From positions 248,137-312,136 of the IMG/VR virus record IMGVR_UViG_3300020178_000002: a DNA stretch of 64,000 nt; one strand, given 5' to 3'. How positions within the stretch are numbered: the first letter of the stretch is position 1; the number at the start of each line of letters is the position of its first letter. Of the stretch, positions 30,204 through 40,671 are shown one piece after another. Position numbers and translations under genes: made by a program. Under the pieces are notes generated by a model. That model made no database searches, was not told the DNA's origin, and worked only from the letters and a program-made list of their open reading frames with translations.

Positions 30204-33200
30204 TTAAGAGACTAATACCCCATAGTCTTCTTTTGCATAAACAACTGCATCGTTAAGTCCAGATCCATTCCAATCAGTACTAAAGTCAGTGTTTAATACG
30301 AAAGCATCTGCTACAGAACCATAATCTATGGTTTCAATGACTCTACCTAAAACGATCAAATCAGCAACAGCATTGACATTTGACTGTGTTGGTGTGCTAA
30401 GGAGAATAAGCTCTCCAGGGCTTGTTCCTACATCGTAGTCTGTTGAAGTGCCTAAAACAGTAGGAACGTATTTATTAAGACCATTAGCAGTGGTGTATCT
30501 TAAAACTTGCTTATCGGTATCAGGTGCTGCATTAACATCAGTTAAGTTGTTTGAGCTTACTTCCACGCTTACATCAATGACATCACCTGCATCGTTATTT
30601 GCAAATGTTAAAGAATCTACACCTGTTGCAGTTCCTCCAGCAAGTGCAGTCGCAACTACATCTCTTGCTTTCTCATCGAAATTCTCAGCAACAAATTCTC
30701 CTGCATTAGAATCCCAAACAAGAACTTCATCTCCTGTAAATGCACCTGTGTTGATATTAACATCAGAATGTGTGGAAATAGATCCGAGATTAGTTAGATT
30801 CTCACCACTTATAGCACCTAGCTTACCATTCCCATCTGTAATAACTACTTTACCTGCATCTGCTACACCACCTGTAATAGTTGTGTCTAGGGTAGATACA
30901 TTACCTAGTCCAAGTGTGGTTCTTTGTGCAGTGTTATCAGCATCATCCAGTAACGCTAGACCTGCTGCTGTTATTGTTGAATTTGTTAAAGCCCCAGCCC
31001 CTGTTGTATGGAGTAGCTGATTATTCCCTAAAGGATTAAGGTCTGCTATTTCTTGAAGCAGGGTGTCTTGAGCTTGGACATCTGTTCCTATTGCTAAACC
31101 AAGAGTAGTTCTCTGTGCAGTATTATCAGCATCATCTAGTAATGCAAGACCTGCTGCTGTTATTGTGGCAGTTGTTAAAGCTCCAGCCCCTGTTGTATGG
31201 AAGAGTTTGTTATTTCCAGCAGGGTTTAGGTCAGCAAACTCTTGAAGTAGCGTATCTTGAGCTTGGACATCAGTTCCAATCTCAAGGTCTAAAGTTGCTT
31301 TTACTTGTGCCTTGGTTTGTGCAACAAAGTTATTCCCATCGCCTACAATGAAGTTTCCATCTGTATTGGCTAATCCAGAGATGTCAGAAAGATTCCCTGT
31401 TAGTTGGATAGTTAATTCACCATTTGCATCGTCATAAGTAGTTGAAATACCTGTATCGTGGTTGTTGTTAACTAACAATCCACCTGCAATGTCTTGAACA
31501 AGTTCTGTTGTGTCTGTTAGGTCATTGACAGTAAGACCACGAACCCAAGCTGCTGTTACAATCTGGGTTGCATTTGCATTTTGAGCAGGTGCAGTGATTG
31601 TACCTGTGCCTGTTACAGTTATGTTTTTATCTAAAGAGACATTCTCACCAAGAATAATTTCTTCTGCTGTATTAGTTGTGACGAAAGTAAGGTATCCATT
31701 GCCACCCTCTGTAATATTAAGGGCAGATGGCTGATTGTCTGCAAGAGAAATCTCTGCTACAGACAAAGAACCACCAAGAGTTAAGTTGCCATTGTTTAAT
31801 AAAGGTATGTTCGCTGAGTTGGAAAGGTCTGTGGTAGAAATAGTTCTGTTACTGAAAGCACCTAGTGCATCACTTACAATAAAGTGGTTAAGGGCAGGAT
31901 TTGCAATACTAACATCTCCTAGATCATCAAGGTTTGATCCAGCAGAAAGAAAATCTCCTGTGTTATTCTGGGAAGCTGTACCCAGAGCTAATGCGGTGAT
32001 AGAATCGCTCACCTGTCTGTCTGTATATGCGGTACTTGCTATTTTAGTGCTGTTATCACTTGCAGCCTGTGTTGTTACTTGCACTGTGCCTGTGAAAGTT
32101 TGATTTGCATTTAAGAGAGATATGTTCGCTGTATCAGATAAATCACTACTAGAGATAGTTCTATTACTGAAAGCACCCAGAGCGTCACTTACAATAAAGT
32201 GATTGAGAGCAGGGTTTGCAATACTAACATCACCGAGATCATCAAGGTTTGATCCAGCAGCGAGAAAGTCTCCTACATTAGAGGTAGAAGCAGTTCCTAG
32301 CCCCAAGTCTCCAATTTCAGCAACTACAAAAGCTGTTGTTGCTATCTGGGTTGTATTTGTATTAACAACAGCAGTAGGTGCTTCTGGAACGCCTGTAAAT
32401 GTCGGTCCTGCAAGTCTGGCTACAGTATTATCCACAGAAGCTGTCATTGTGTTGGCAGCATCATTATAAGTGAATGTTATATCGGTGTGGGCAGACCCAT
32501 TTGTTATGAACAGTTCATTTACAGCGTCTTGTGCTGATTCTGTAGGTGCTTGAGCTACAAACGTACTTACTCCATCCCAAACTAGAGTATGTCCAGCTTG
32601 AGCGTTTGAAGCGTCTATGTCTGAGATATTTGCTGAACTTAATGCAACACTCTCAAAAACATTAGCACCATTCGCTGTCGTGTAGATTAGTGCTTCTCCA
32701 TTATTTGGAGCTAAGTTAGCGTCTACATCAGACAAGTGAGAGAGCTGTGTTATGTTCCCCCCTACTTGGGCAACTACTGCTCTAACAAAGCTGGCAGTTG
32801 CAACCTCTCTACCAACAGAGTTATTGGCAGGGTTGTTTGCAGTGATTACAGCACCTGTTAAATCTATATCTCCTGATACAGTCAGATCTCCTGTAATAGT
32901 TTGGTTGGCATTTAAGAAAGCAATGTTGTTCGAGTCTGACAAGTTTGTTGTAGATAAAGCAACATTATCAAAGGTGGCATTAACAGCATCATATATTAAA
33001 GCCTCACCAGCTTGTGGGTTTGCTAGTGTGACTAGTGAGGATGCTAAGAAATCTCCTACATTAGAGGTAGAAGCAGTTCCAAGTCCTGATTCAAAGTCAG
33101 CTATTTCAGCGACAACAAAAGCTGTTGTTGCTAATTGAGTTGTATTTGAATTAACAGCAGCAGTAGGTGCTGTGGGAACACCTGTTAGAGCAGGGTTGTT

Positions 33201-36200
33201 CAGTCTTGCAACAGTTGCATCTACAGAGTAGTCTATTCTATTATTAATGTCATCATAAGTAACAGTAATATCAGTCTGTTGACCTGCATTAATCATGCTA
33301 CCGATAGCATCTTGTACTTCTTCAACTATTGTATTGTCCCCAACAATGAGGCTGCCTTGAGCGTTAAAGACAAGAATTTTATCTTGAGCTTTATTGGCTG
33401 TACTGACATCATTCAAGTCATTAATGGATGAAGTAGTTTTTATTAAACTTGTTCCATCACTAAGTTGGCTTGAAGAAAGCTGTGCATTCTCGAATACATT
33501 GTTTCCTGTATAAACCAAAACTTGATTAGTTAAAGGAGTTCCTGCTTGAGGATCATTTGTGATTGTCACATCACTCAAGCTATTAATAGCAGATCCTGTT
33601 GCTAAGAAGTCACCTGTATCATTTGTAACAGCAGTTCCAAATCCAAGAGTGACTCTTGCATTTACTTGATCTAATGCTAATGAAGTCCTTGCTTGTGCTG
33701 GTGTTTTTAGAACAAGGTCATTCCCATCACCAGCTAAGAAGTTGTCTGCTGTGGGTTGTGCAATAGCAGATATTTCTTCCAGCCTAGCATTTTGAGCTTG
33801 GACATCAGTCCCAATCTCAAGATTTAGGTGTGCAACTGGGTCAGCAGAGGCGATTAAATCCCTACCTTGTTGAGTTATGTCAGCAGTAGCATAGGTATTA
33901 GCACCTGTTGTGTAGATTATTTTATTGGCTGCTTGAGGATTTAACCCAGCAATAGATACAAGAGATGCTTGTAGAGTTGCAGTAACATTTCCATCATTTA
34001 CTCCACCATCATCAGTATAGGCGAAAGTAATGCCTGCACTGTGGTTTGCATGAGCAAACTGAGCACCTACAACGTCTTGGATAGATTCTGTAGATCCTGT
34101 GAAATCAGAGACTGTTAAAGCTCTAACCCAAGCAGAAGTAACAATATGATTATCATTTGCATTAGCAGCAGGTGCTAGGATAGTACCTGTACTTGTGATA
34201 GACAGACTTCCTGTTGCTGAGATATTTCCTTGAGAAGAAACATTTCCTAGTCTTAGGTTTGCATCTGAGATACCTGCCACAGCACTAAAGTCTGTTGTGT
34301 TTACATCAACAGCACCACTGTGTAATGCTAGTCTGAAGGTATCATCTCCTTCATCCCAGAAGATAACTGCATCATCTAAGTCCCCTCTTGTTAAAAGAAA
34401 ACCTAGATCATTAGCATTGTTTCCTACAAAACCATTATTAAGTTCAATTACACTATCTGCTACTGCCAAGTTATTTTGGTTATTGATATTTTGAACACCA
34501 TTAACAGTTAAGTTTTGAACAGTGATGTCACCACCTGTAGTTAGACTTGTGTTTCCAAAGTCAATAGTTCCTGTACTATCTACAATAGAACCAGAACTAA
34601 TATCCATTGTGCCATCTATTTCAACGGGCTTTAATAATCTAATTTCTTCAGCACCATCTGTGGTGTCTACCTCAATGTAAGAAACATTATTGGTAGACTC
34701 TTCAACTTTAAGGGCTATCGGCTGGTTGTCTGTAATGTTGAGCTGTACTAAGTTACCCTTTGCAGAGATTGTATTAAGCTCAATGTCATCAACATTTCCA
34801 ATATTTTGGTTATTGAGGTTTGCTCCAGAAGATAAAGTTGAGATTCCATTTACAGAGAAGTTTCCTGTTACACCTGTATTTCCATTTAGAGCATTAACAA
34901 CAAAGGCATTGTTACCTACAATAAGATCTCCACCTATGTTTATTTGATTAACTCCGAAATCAATACCTCCATTGTTAGAGGTTGTGATTGAGTTATCTGC
35001 AAGAACAAGATTTCCAATAGAAGACCCAGATTGTGCAGTAAATACTTTTCCAAATATTATACTTTCTGTGTTGTCTGTTGTATTGAAGGTTAGGTAAGCA
35101 TTAGCTCCTTCAGCTACAACAAGAGCTGCTCCATTATTGTCTGGGATAGATATGGAAGAAGTGGATAGTGAATTTACTGTCGTAGCCCCTGCATTTAGAG
35201 TTCCTGTTGTACTTATATTTATAGCACTGAAAGAAACATCTCCACCTGCACTGTTTATTGTTGCATTGTTTCCATTAGGTGTAATGGAAAGCGAGACAGC
35301 ATCTGTTAATGGGTTGATTACATTCAAACCACCATCCATAGAAGAGAGTCCATCTACATCTAAAGTACCAAGAACTGCTGTGTTTCCTGTCAACCCATCC
35401 ACAGTAAATAGGTTGCTTACATTGATTCCACCATTTGGTTTTAAGACGTTTGTTAAAACTAGCTCGTCATTATTGTTTAGAAGAGGTACTTTTGAGCCAT
35501 TCGACAGATCTGTGGTTGATATGGTTCTATTTAAGTAATTACCAAATCCATTATTCACAAGAAATTGACTGGGTGCATTACCGTTAAGGCTCACATCACT
35601 TAAATCATTTAACCCTGATCCACTTGCTAAGAAATCACCTGTGGCAGAAGTAGATGCAGTTCCTAAACCAAGAGCATTTCTTGCATCTTGACCAGAGAGG
35701 ATTGTAAACTGATTCCCATTACCTACAATGAAGTTGTTATTTCCATTGTTAAGTCCAGCAAGGATGTCTAGTTGTGCAGATTGGGTTTGTACATCTGTTC
35801 CAATCTCAAGACCCAAAGCTGTTCTAGCTTGTGCTGGTGTATTGAGTCCGAAGTTGAGACCATCACTTATCAAGATATTATTTACAGCATGTCCTACATT
35901 AACAATATCTTGAAGAGAATTAGAAAGTGTGGCTCTTACCTCAGAGCTTGGGTCATCATAAGCAAAAGTAATTCCTGTACTATGGTTTAGATGACTAAAC
36001 TGAGCACCTACAATATCTTCAACTTCTTCTTGGGTAAATCCTGTGTTGGGTGGGTCTTGTTGCACAAGGACACCACCAACAACTTGTAATATCTTTCCAT
36101 TAACTAGACCTGCACCAAAGTCAATGTCAGAAAGATCTCCTGCTGAAGAAGCATTTGTTAAAAGATTTGCTCCATCTGATAAATCTAGGGTTGATATGAT

Positions 36201-37169
36201 CCTATTCTCAAAGTTAGCTCCATTATGGACAATGAAATGATTATTAGCAGCACCAGCTATGGTGACATCATTTAGATCATTGAGTTCAGATACAGAGCTT
36301 ACTAATCCAGGTGCAAAAGAACCATTGTTATAAACAATAGTTTCTCCATTTTGGATATTCTGAATACTCACATCAGAGAGAAGTCCGATGCTAGGCAATG
36401 CTGTGAGGTTTGAACCATCTAAAGCAGGCAGTGTGTTTTGAACAGTGATTTCTAAGACATTGCCAGCGTTTGTACCAAAGTCTTTTGTTGAAGCAGTTCC
36501 TAATGCTGGGGTGTCTGCTAGATCATTGTAAGAGAGTGCTTGGTTTACAAAGCTAACACCATTGTGTCTTAAAACTTCTCCATCTAAAGCACCTGCAACT
36601 ACAACATCAAGTAGGTTATCAATAGAGAGATGGTCTATAGTAACACTTCCAGATATTTGAGAGTTGTCGTCATCATAAGTCCAAGTTATGCCCCCACCAT
36701 CGGTAAACATTGCCCCAACAAAGTCTTCAATATTTTCTTGGGTGAACCCACCACCACCATTAGCAGGGTCTACTTGTTGGAATACTCCACCTACTGCTTG
36801 TAGTATTTTTCCATTTACAATCCCATCGCCCAAATCTACATCTGTGAGTTCACCTATAGAAGTTGCATTGAGTATGCCCAGATTTGTTCTTGCATCAGCT
36901 TGAGCTTGTACTCCGAGATCTGCAATCTCAGAGAGTACGTTATCGGCCACAAGGAAGTTTTGAGGGTTGCTTCCATTCAAGGTTTCAATCTCGATTATTG
37001 CGTCTTGAATTGCAGCATGGACTTCTGCTGGATAATCGTTTGTCCAAACAACTCCATTTCTTCGGATATTTCCAACAGAGGTAAAACCATTTTCATCAGA
37101 AGTTACTGTGAAAGTGTAAACCCCAAAAGAAGTGACTACTTCATAGTTCTTACTAATTGCATCTGCCAT
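30204..37169 (-). CDS. Giant tail fibre-like protein (2321 aa)
   Basis: Repeats LxDLxDV, ARTALGLEIGTDVQAQ, PxxTGVPTAPTA...TTQLATTAFV (phage fibre repeat). Confidence 0.75.
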   Translation of the reverse strand: MADAISKNYEVVTSFGVYTFTVTSDENGFTSVGNIRRNGVVWTNDYPAEVHAAIQDAIIEIETLNGSNPQNFLVADNVLSEIADLGVQAQADARTNLGILNATSIGELTDVDLGDGIVNGKILQAVGGVFQQVDPANGGGGFTQENIEDFVGAMFTDGGGITWTYDDDNSQISGSVTIDHLSIDNLLDVVVAGALDGEVLRHNGVSFVNQALSYNDLADTPALGTASTKDFGTNAGNVLEITVQNTLPALDGSNLTALPSIGLLSDVSIQNIQNGETIVYNNGSFAPGLVSSVSELNDLNDVTIAGAANNHFIVHNGANFENRIISTLDLSDGANLLTNASSAGDLSDIDFGAGLVNGKILQVVGGVLVQQDPPNTGFTQEEVEDIVGAQFSHLNHSTGITFAYDDPSSEVRATLSNSLQDIVNVGHAVNNILISDGLNFGLNTPAQARTALGLEIGTDVQTQSAQLDILAGLNNGNNNFIVGNGNQFTILSGQDARNALGLGTASTSATGDFLASGSGLNDLSDVSLNGNAPSQFLVNNGFGNYLNRTISTTDLSNGSKVPLLNNNDELVLTNVLKPNGGINVSNLFTVDGLTGNTAVLGTLDVDGLSSMDGGLNVINPLTDAVSLSITPNGNNATINSAGGDVSFSAINISTTGTLNAGATTVNSLSTSSISIPDNNGAALVVAEGANAYLTFNTTDNTESIIFGKVFTAQSGSSIGNLVLADNSITTSNNGGIDFGVNQINIGGDLIVGNNAFVVNALNGNTGVTGNFSVNGISTLSSGANLNNQNIGNVDDIELNTISAKGNLVQLNITDNQPIALKVEESTNNVSYIEVDTTDGAEEIRLLKPVEIDGTMDISSGSIVDSTGTIDFGNTSLTTGGDITVQNLTVNGVQNINNQNNLAVADSVIELNNGFVGNNANDLGFLLTRGDLDDAVIFWDEGDDTFRLALHSGAVDVNTTDFSAVAGISDANLRLGNVSSQGNISATGSLSITSTGTILAPAANANDNHIVTSAWVRALTVSDFTGSTESIQDVVGAQFAHANHSAGITFAYTDDGGVNDGNVTATLQASLVSIAGLNPQAANKIIYTTGANTYATADITQQGRDLIASADPVAHLNLEIGTDVQAQNARLEEISAIAQPTADNFLAGDGNDLVLKTPAQARTSLALDQVNARVTLGFGTAVTNDTGDFLATGSAINSLSDVTITNDPQAGTPLTNQVLVYTGNNVFENAQLSSSQLSDGTSLIKTTSSINDLNDVSTANKAQDKILVFNAQGSLIVGDNTIVEEVQDAIGSMINAGQQTDITVTYDDINNRIDYSVDATVARLNNPALTGVPTAPTAAVNSNTTQLATTAFVVAEIADFESGLGTASTSNVGDFLASSLVTLANPQAGEALIYDAVNATFDNVALSTTNLSDSNNIAFLNANQTITGDLTVSGDIDLTGAVITANNPANNSVGREVATASFVRAVVAQVGGNITQLSHLSDVDANLAPNNGEALIYTTANGANVFESVALSSANISDIDASNAQAGHTLVWDGVSTFVAQAPTESAQDAVNELFITNGSAHTDITFTYNDAANTMTASVDNTVARLAGPTFTGVPEAPTAVVNTNTTQIATTAFVVAEIGDLGLGTASTSNVGDFLAAGSNLDDLGDVSIANPALNHFIVSDALGAFSNRTISSSDLSDTANISLLNANQTFTGTVQVTTQAASDNSTKIASTAYTDRQVSDSITALALGTASQNNTGDFLSAGSNLDDLGDVSIANPALNHFIVSDALGAFSNRTISTTDLSNSANIPLLNNGNLTLGGSLSVAEISLADNQPSALNITEGGNGYLTFVTTNTAEEIILGENVSLDKNITVTGTGTITAPAQNANATQIVTAAWVRGLTVNDLTDTTELVQDIAGGLLVNNNHDTGISTTYDDANGELTIQLTGNLSDISGLANTDGNFIVGDGNNFVAQTKAQVKATLDLEIGTDVQAQDTLLQEFADLNPAGNNKLFHTTGAGALTTATITAAGLALLDDADNTAQRTTLGLAIGTDVQAQDTLLQEIADLNPLGNNQLLHTTGAGALTNSTITAAGLALLDDADNTAQRTTLGLGNVSTLDTTITGGVADAGKVVITDGNGKLGAISGENLTNLGSISTHSDVNINTGAFTGDEVLVWDSNAGEFVAENFDEKARDVVATALAGGTATGVDSLTFANNDAGDVIDVSVEVSSNNLTDVNAAPDTDKQVLRYTTANGLNKYVPTVLGTSTDYDVGTSPGELILLSTPTQSNVNAVADLIVLGRVIETIDYGSVADAFVLNTDFSTDWNGSGLNDAVVYAKEDYGVLVS
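30910..32290 (-). repeat. Tandem and dispersed duplications in the 2321-aa fibre
   Basis: Two tandem copies of GTDVQAQDTLLQE.ADLNP...LLDDADNTAQRTTLGL and two copies of GSNLDDLGDVSIANPALNHFIVSDALGAFSNRTIS. Confidence 0.8.
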
Positions 37170-37265
37170 AATTATTGCCTCTCTTATGATGTCTCTATTT
37201 TATTAATCTTATTAAAAGACTATTAGAACACAGTATAACTCATTAGCTGATTTAAGGAGATTATA

Positions 37266-38222
37266 ATGAATAAGGTAAGAGCTTCTTTTCTAAACCTGGT
37301 AGAGGAAAAAGGCGGTTTTGTGTGCCATCACGCACACTTTGATAAATCTCATTTAATAACCCCAGAGATTCTGAGAAAAAGTCAATCTAGCCTTCAAGAA
37401 AAGTGGTACATATACAGAGACTTGAAAGAATCTTACACTAGGGAAGATCTAAGACTTCGTATGGTTCGATGTATTGAAAAAATGCGATCTCAAGGTGTTA
37501 ACAAATGTAAAACCTTCATAGATGCAGACCAGATTGTAGGTTTGACTCCTATGGAAGTTGCTGTTGAGCTAAAGAAAGAGTACTCAGCTAAAGGCTTTGA
37601 TCTGCTTCTGGCAGTTCAGCCTCTTGAGGGAGTTCTAAATCCTTTTGCTAGAGAGATTTTTGTTAAAGCCTGTGGAATGGCTGACGTTGTTGGAGGTCTT
37701 CCAGATAGAGACAAAGAGCCACTATCTCATATGGACTTTATTTTAAGCCTAGCAAAAGATTTAGGCAAAGACCTTGATGTTCATGTTGGTCAAAACAACA
37801 TACCCTCTGAACAAGAATCCGAGATGGTTGTTGATAAAGTTAAAGAGCATAACATGGAGGGTAGAGTGAACTTGGTTCATGCAATCTCTTTATCTTGCCA
37901 AACCAAAAGCAAGAGGAAAGAGGTTATACAAAAGATTAAAGATACCAATACAGGTGTGATTGTGTGCCCCTCTGCTGCAATAAGTATGAAGCAACAATCT
38001 AATGTTTCCGCCCCTATCCATAATTCCATAGCTCCTGTCTTAGAAATGCTTGAAGCTGGTGTAGATGTAATGTTAGGTGTGGATAACATACATGACCTAT
38101 TCATGCCTTTGGTTGATGGAGACCTATGGTTTGAGTGTAGGCTGATGATGGAAGCAATAAGATGCTATGACTTGGAACTGATTTCTAAAATAGCTTCAAA
38201 TAAAAGAGGTTTTAATGATTAA
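37266..38222 (+). CDS. Amidohydrolase, cytosine deaminase (CodA)-like; substrate uncertain
   Basis: HxHxDK (CHHAHFDK), DVVGGLP, DVH, RVNLVH, LGVDNIHD. Confidence 0.75.
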   Translation: MNKVRASFLNLVEEKGGFVCHHAHFDKSHLITPEILRKSQSSLQEKWYIYRDLKESYTREDLRLRMVRCIEKMRSQGVNKCKTFIDADQIVGLTPMEVAVELKKEYSAKGFDLLLAVQPLEGVLNPFAREIFVKACGMADVVGGLPDRDKEPLSHMDFILSLAKDLGKDLDVHVGQNNIPSEQESEMVVDKVKEHNMEGRVNLVHAISLSCQTKSKRKEVIQKIKDTNTGVIVCPSAAISMKQQSNVSAPIHNSIAPVLEMLEAGVDVMLGVDNIHDLFMPLVDGDLWFECRLMMEAIRCYDLELISKIASNKRGFND

Positions 38223-39456
38223 AAGATATGAACACCCTAAGATTAAAAAGATCTTCTCTCCTGAACAGAGGCTTTCTTATTTTGTAGACATCGAAAGATA
38301 CGCATCTCTTTATCATGGAGTTGAAATACCAGATATAAACATAGATTCCCTGCTTTGTAGTATGGATGAATGTGAAAAGATCACGAAGCATGAGACAGTT
38401 GCTTTCTTACAAGCTCTTTCTTATCAGTTAGATGATATTTCAAATCTTCACTTTGGTATGACAAGCTCTGATGTTTTAGATACCTGTCTTTCTTTACAAA
38501 TCAAAGAAGCATCTAGTGTTTTGGAAGATGAGATAAAGATTCTTCTCACTAGCCTTAAGACTTTCTGCTTAAAGAATAAGAATACTCTTATGGTAGGTAG
38601 ATCTCATGGTAAAGCAGGTGAATTGATCAGCTTAGGGTTTTCTTTTCTTTCTTACTATAAAGAATGGGAGAGGAACTTAGATAGACTCACTCATGCTAGA
38701 GAAGAAGTCTCTTATGGGATGGTTTCTGGTCCTATGGGTAACTTTTCAAACATTAATAGAGAGAAAGAAGACTTTATTTGCTCTAGATTAGGGATCAAAC
38801 CAGAGCCTGTTTCAACTCAAGTTATTCCAAGAGATAGACATTCCTATCTTATGTGTGTACTAGGCATCATTGGAGCATCTCTCGAAAGATTATCCACACA
38901 CATTAGAAACTTGAGTCAGTCTGGCATTGAAGAAATTTCTGAATCCTTTTCCGTTTCCCAAACAGGGAGTTCGGCTATGCCACATAAGAAGAACCCTATC
39001 TTATCAGAAAATGTGACAGGACTTGCCAGACTGTTAAAAAGTTATGTCTCTCCCTCTTTAGATAATGTTTCCCTCTGGTTTGAAAGGGATATGAGTCATT
39101 CTTCTGTTGAGAGGGTGACAATAGAAGATGCGTTTCACTTATCATGCTTTGCAGTCAAAAGAATGACTTTTGTCATTGATAGGCTTTCTGTTCATAAAGA
39201 GTCTTTGGATAAAAACATTGAAAGAGAAGGCAATCACATTTATTCTCACTCTGTTCTTTGCCATCTTATGAAAAAAGGTGTAGACAGACATGAGGCATAT
39301 CGCTTCATTCAAAAGGTCACTCAGGGAAACAAGGACTTATTTAAAGAATTAGAGACTTCCTATCCCGAGCATAAGGTAGGACAAGTGGTATTATTTAATG
39401 AATGTGTGTCAAACATAGATCATATTTTTAGGAATGTATTTGGAGATTCTAAATGA
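38215..39456 (+). CDS. purB: Adenylosuccinate lyase
   Basis: HFGMTSSDVLDT, GRSHG, GSSAMPHKKNP, ERDMSHSSVER. Confidence 0.95.
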   Translation: MIKRYEHPKIKKIFSPEQRLSYFVDIERYASLYHGVEIPDINIDSLLCSMDECEKITKHETVAFLQALSYQLDDISNLHFGMTSSDVLDTCLSLQIKEASSVLEDEIKILLTSLKTFCLKNKNTLMVGRSHGKAGELISLGFSFLSYYKEWERNLDRLTHAREEVSYGMVSGPMGNFSNINREKEDFICSRLGIKPEPVSTQVIPRDRHSYLMCVLGIIGASLERLSTHIRNLSQSGIEEISESFSVSQTGSSAMPHKKNPILSENVTGLARLLKSYVSPSLDNVSLWFERDMSHSSVERVTIEDAFHLSCFAVKRMTFVIDRLSVHKESLDKNIEREGNHIYSHSVLCHLMKKGVDRHEAYRFIQKVTQGNKDLFKELETSYPEHKVGQVVLFNECVSNIDHIFRNVFGDSK

Positions 39457-40670
39457 GTACAACGGCAGTTATAGGTGGTCAATGGGGTGATGAGGGTAAA
39501 GGTAAGATTGTTGACTTTCTTTCAGAAGGTGCAGACTATTGTGTTCGCTTTCAAGGTGGCAGTAATGCAGGTCATACTATCACAGTAAACGATCAAGTGT
39601 ATAAGCTCAGATTATTGCCCTCAGGAGTCCTTAGAGGTTCAACGGGTGTTCTTGGTGCTGGTATGGTTATAAACCTTGATGTGCTTCAATCTGAAGTCTC
39701 TTATCTACAAGAAAGAGGGATAGAGCCAAAGTTCTTTATTGATCATAGAGCACATCTTGTCACTCCAGAGCATATTTCCAATGATGTTCTTCGAGAGAAA
39801 GAATCTGGAAACAGAATTGGCACTACAAGAAATGGTATTGGCCTTTGTTATGAAGATAAAGCAAGAAGAACAGGTCTTCGTGCAGGAGATCTACTAACAG
39901 ACTTTGATTCTAAGGTAGATGCCTTTCTTAAGTTTTATGATAACAGCCCTCGTGTTAAGTTAGGTCTGGTGAAAGTTTTGAATGAGTGGAAAGACACTTG
40001 GTCTAAATACATTCGTACAGACCTCACAGATGTTCTATATAGAGCAATGCATATAGAAGATAAGGAAGTTGTTATTGAAGGGGCACAGGGGACTCTCTTG
40101 GATGTTTCACATGGAACATATCCTTTCGTTACATCTTCTCATACAATAGCCCCAAGCATTGCAGCAGGAGTAGGTGCTTCTTTACCAAGAGACTATAACT
40201 GCATTGGTGTTTTTAAAGCATACTGCACTAGAGTTGGCAAAGGGGGCTTCCCATCAGAAGATTTTACAGAAGATGGAGATGCTTTACAGAGAATCGGTAA
40301 AGAGGTAGGTGTTGTCACAAAGAGAGTTAGAAGATGTGGCTGGCTTAACCTTGATGATATGATTTATGCGAACCAGCTTAATGGCTTCACTTCAATTGTT
40401 TTAACAAAAGTGGATGTCTTAGATGGATTCTCTAAAGTTAAAGTAATGTATAAGGGTGATTTGCAAACTCTAGATGGTTGGGCAGGTTCAGGAGATGCCA
40501 AAACTTGGCTTGAGCTACCAGAGAATCTTATGAAGTTTATTGATTACATTCAAGAGAAAACAGGTGTTTCAGTTACCATGATTTCTAATGGTCCAGATCG
40601 CAAGGACACAATAATGCACCCTTTTTTAACTATGCCAAAACTTGAAACCACACCTAGCATGGAGCTTTAA
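39453..40670 (+). CDS. purA: Adenylosuccinate synthetase (canonical PurA, not PurZ)
   Basis: QWGDEGKGK with catalytic Asp; [11 protein letters not shown]; EGAQG; GTYPFVTSS; TKVDVL. Confidence 0.95.
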   Translation: MSTTAVIGGQWGDEGKGKIVDFLSEGADYCVRFQGGSNAGHTITVNDQVYKLRLLPSGVLRGSTGVLGAGMVINLDVLQSEVSYLQERGIEPKFFIDHRAHLVTPEHISNDVLREKESGNRIGTTRNGIGLCYEDKARRTGLRAGDLLTDFDSKVDAFLKFYDNSPRVKLGLVKVLNEWKDTWSKYIRTDLTDVLYRAMHIEDKEVVIEGAQGTLLDVSHGTYPFVTSSHTIAPSIAAGVGASLPRDYNCIGVFKAYCTRVGKGGFPSEDFTEDGDALQRIGKEVGVVTKRVRRCGWLNLDDMIYANQLNGFTSIVLTKVDVLDGFSKVKVMYKGDLQTLDGWAGSGDAKTWLELPENLMKFIDYIQEKTGVSVTMISNGPDRKDTIMHPFLTMPKLETTPSMEL

Positions 40671-40671
40671 T

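Noticed and set aside
23164-37226. Many + strand ORFs opposite the fibre genes
   Set aside because: Antisense shadows of biased codon usage, with no RBS or domain signal.
39453-40670. PurZ / 2-aminoadenine (Z-genome) pathway
   Set aside because: The P-loop is GDEGKG with the catalytic Asp of PurA, not the Ser of PurZ; no datZ or mazZ recognised in the window.
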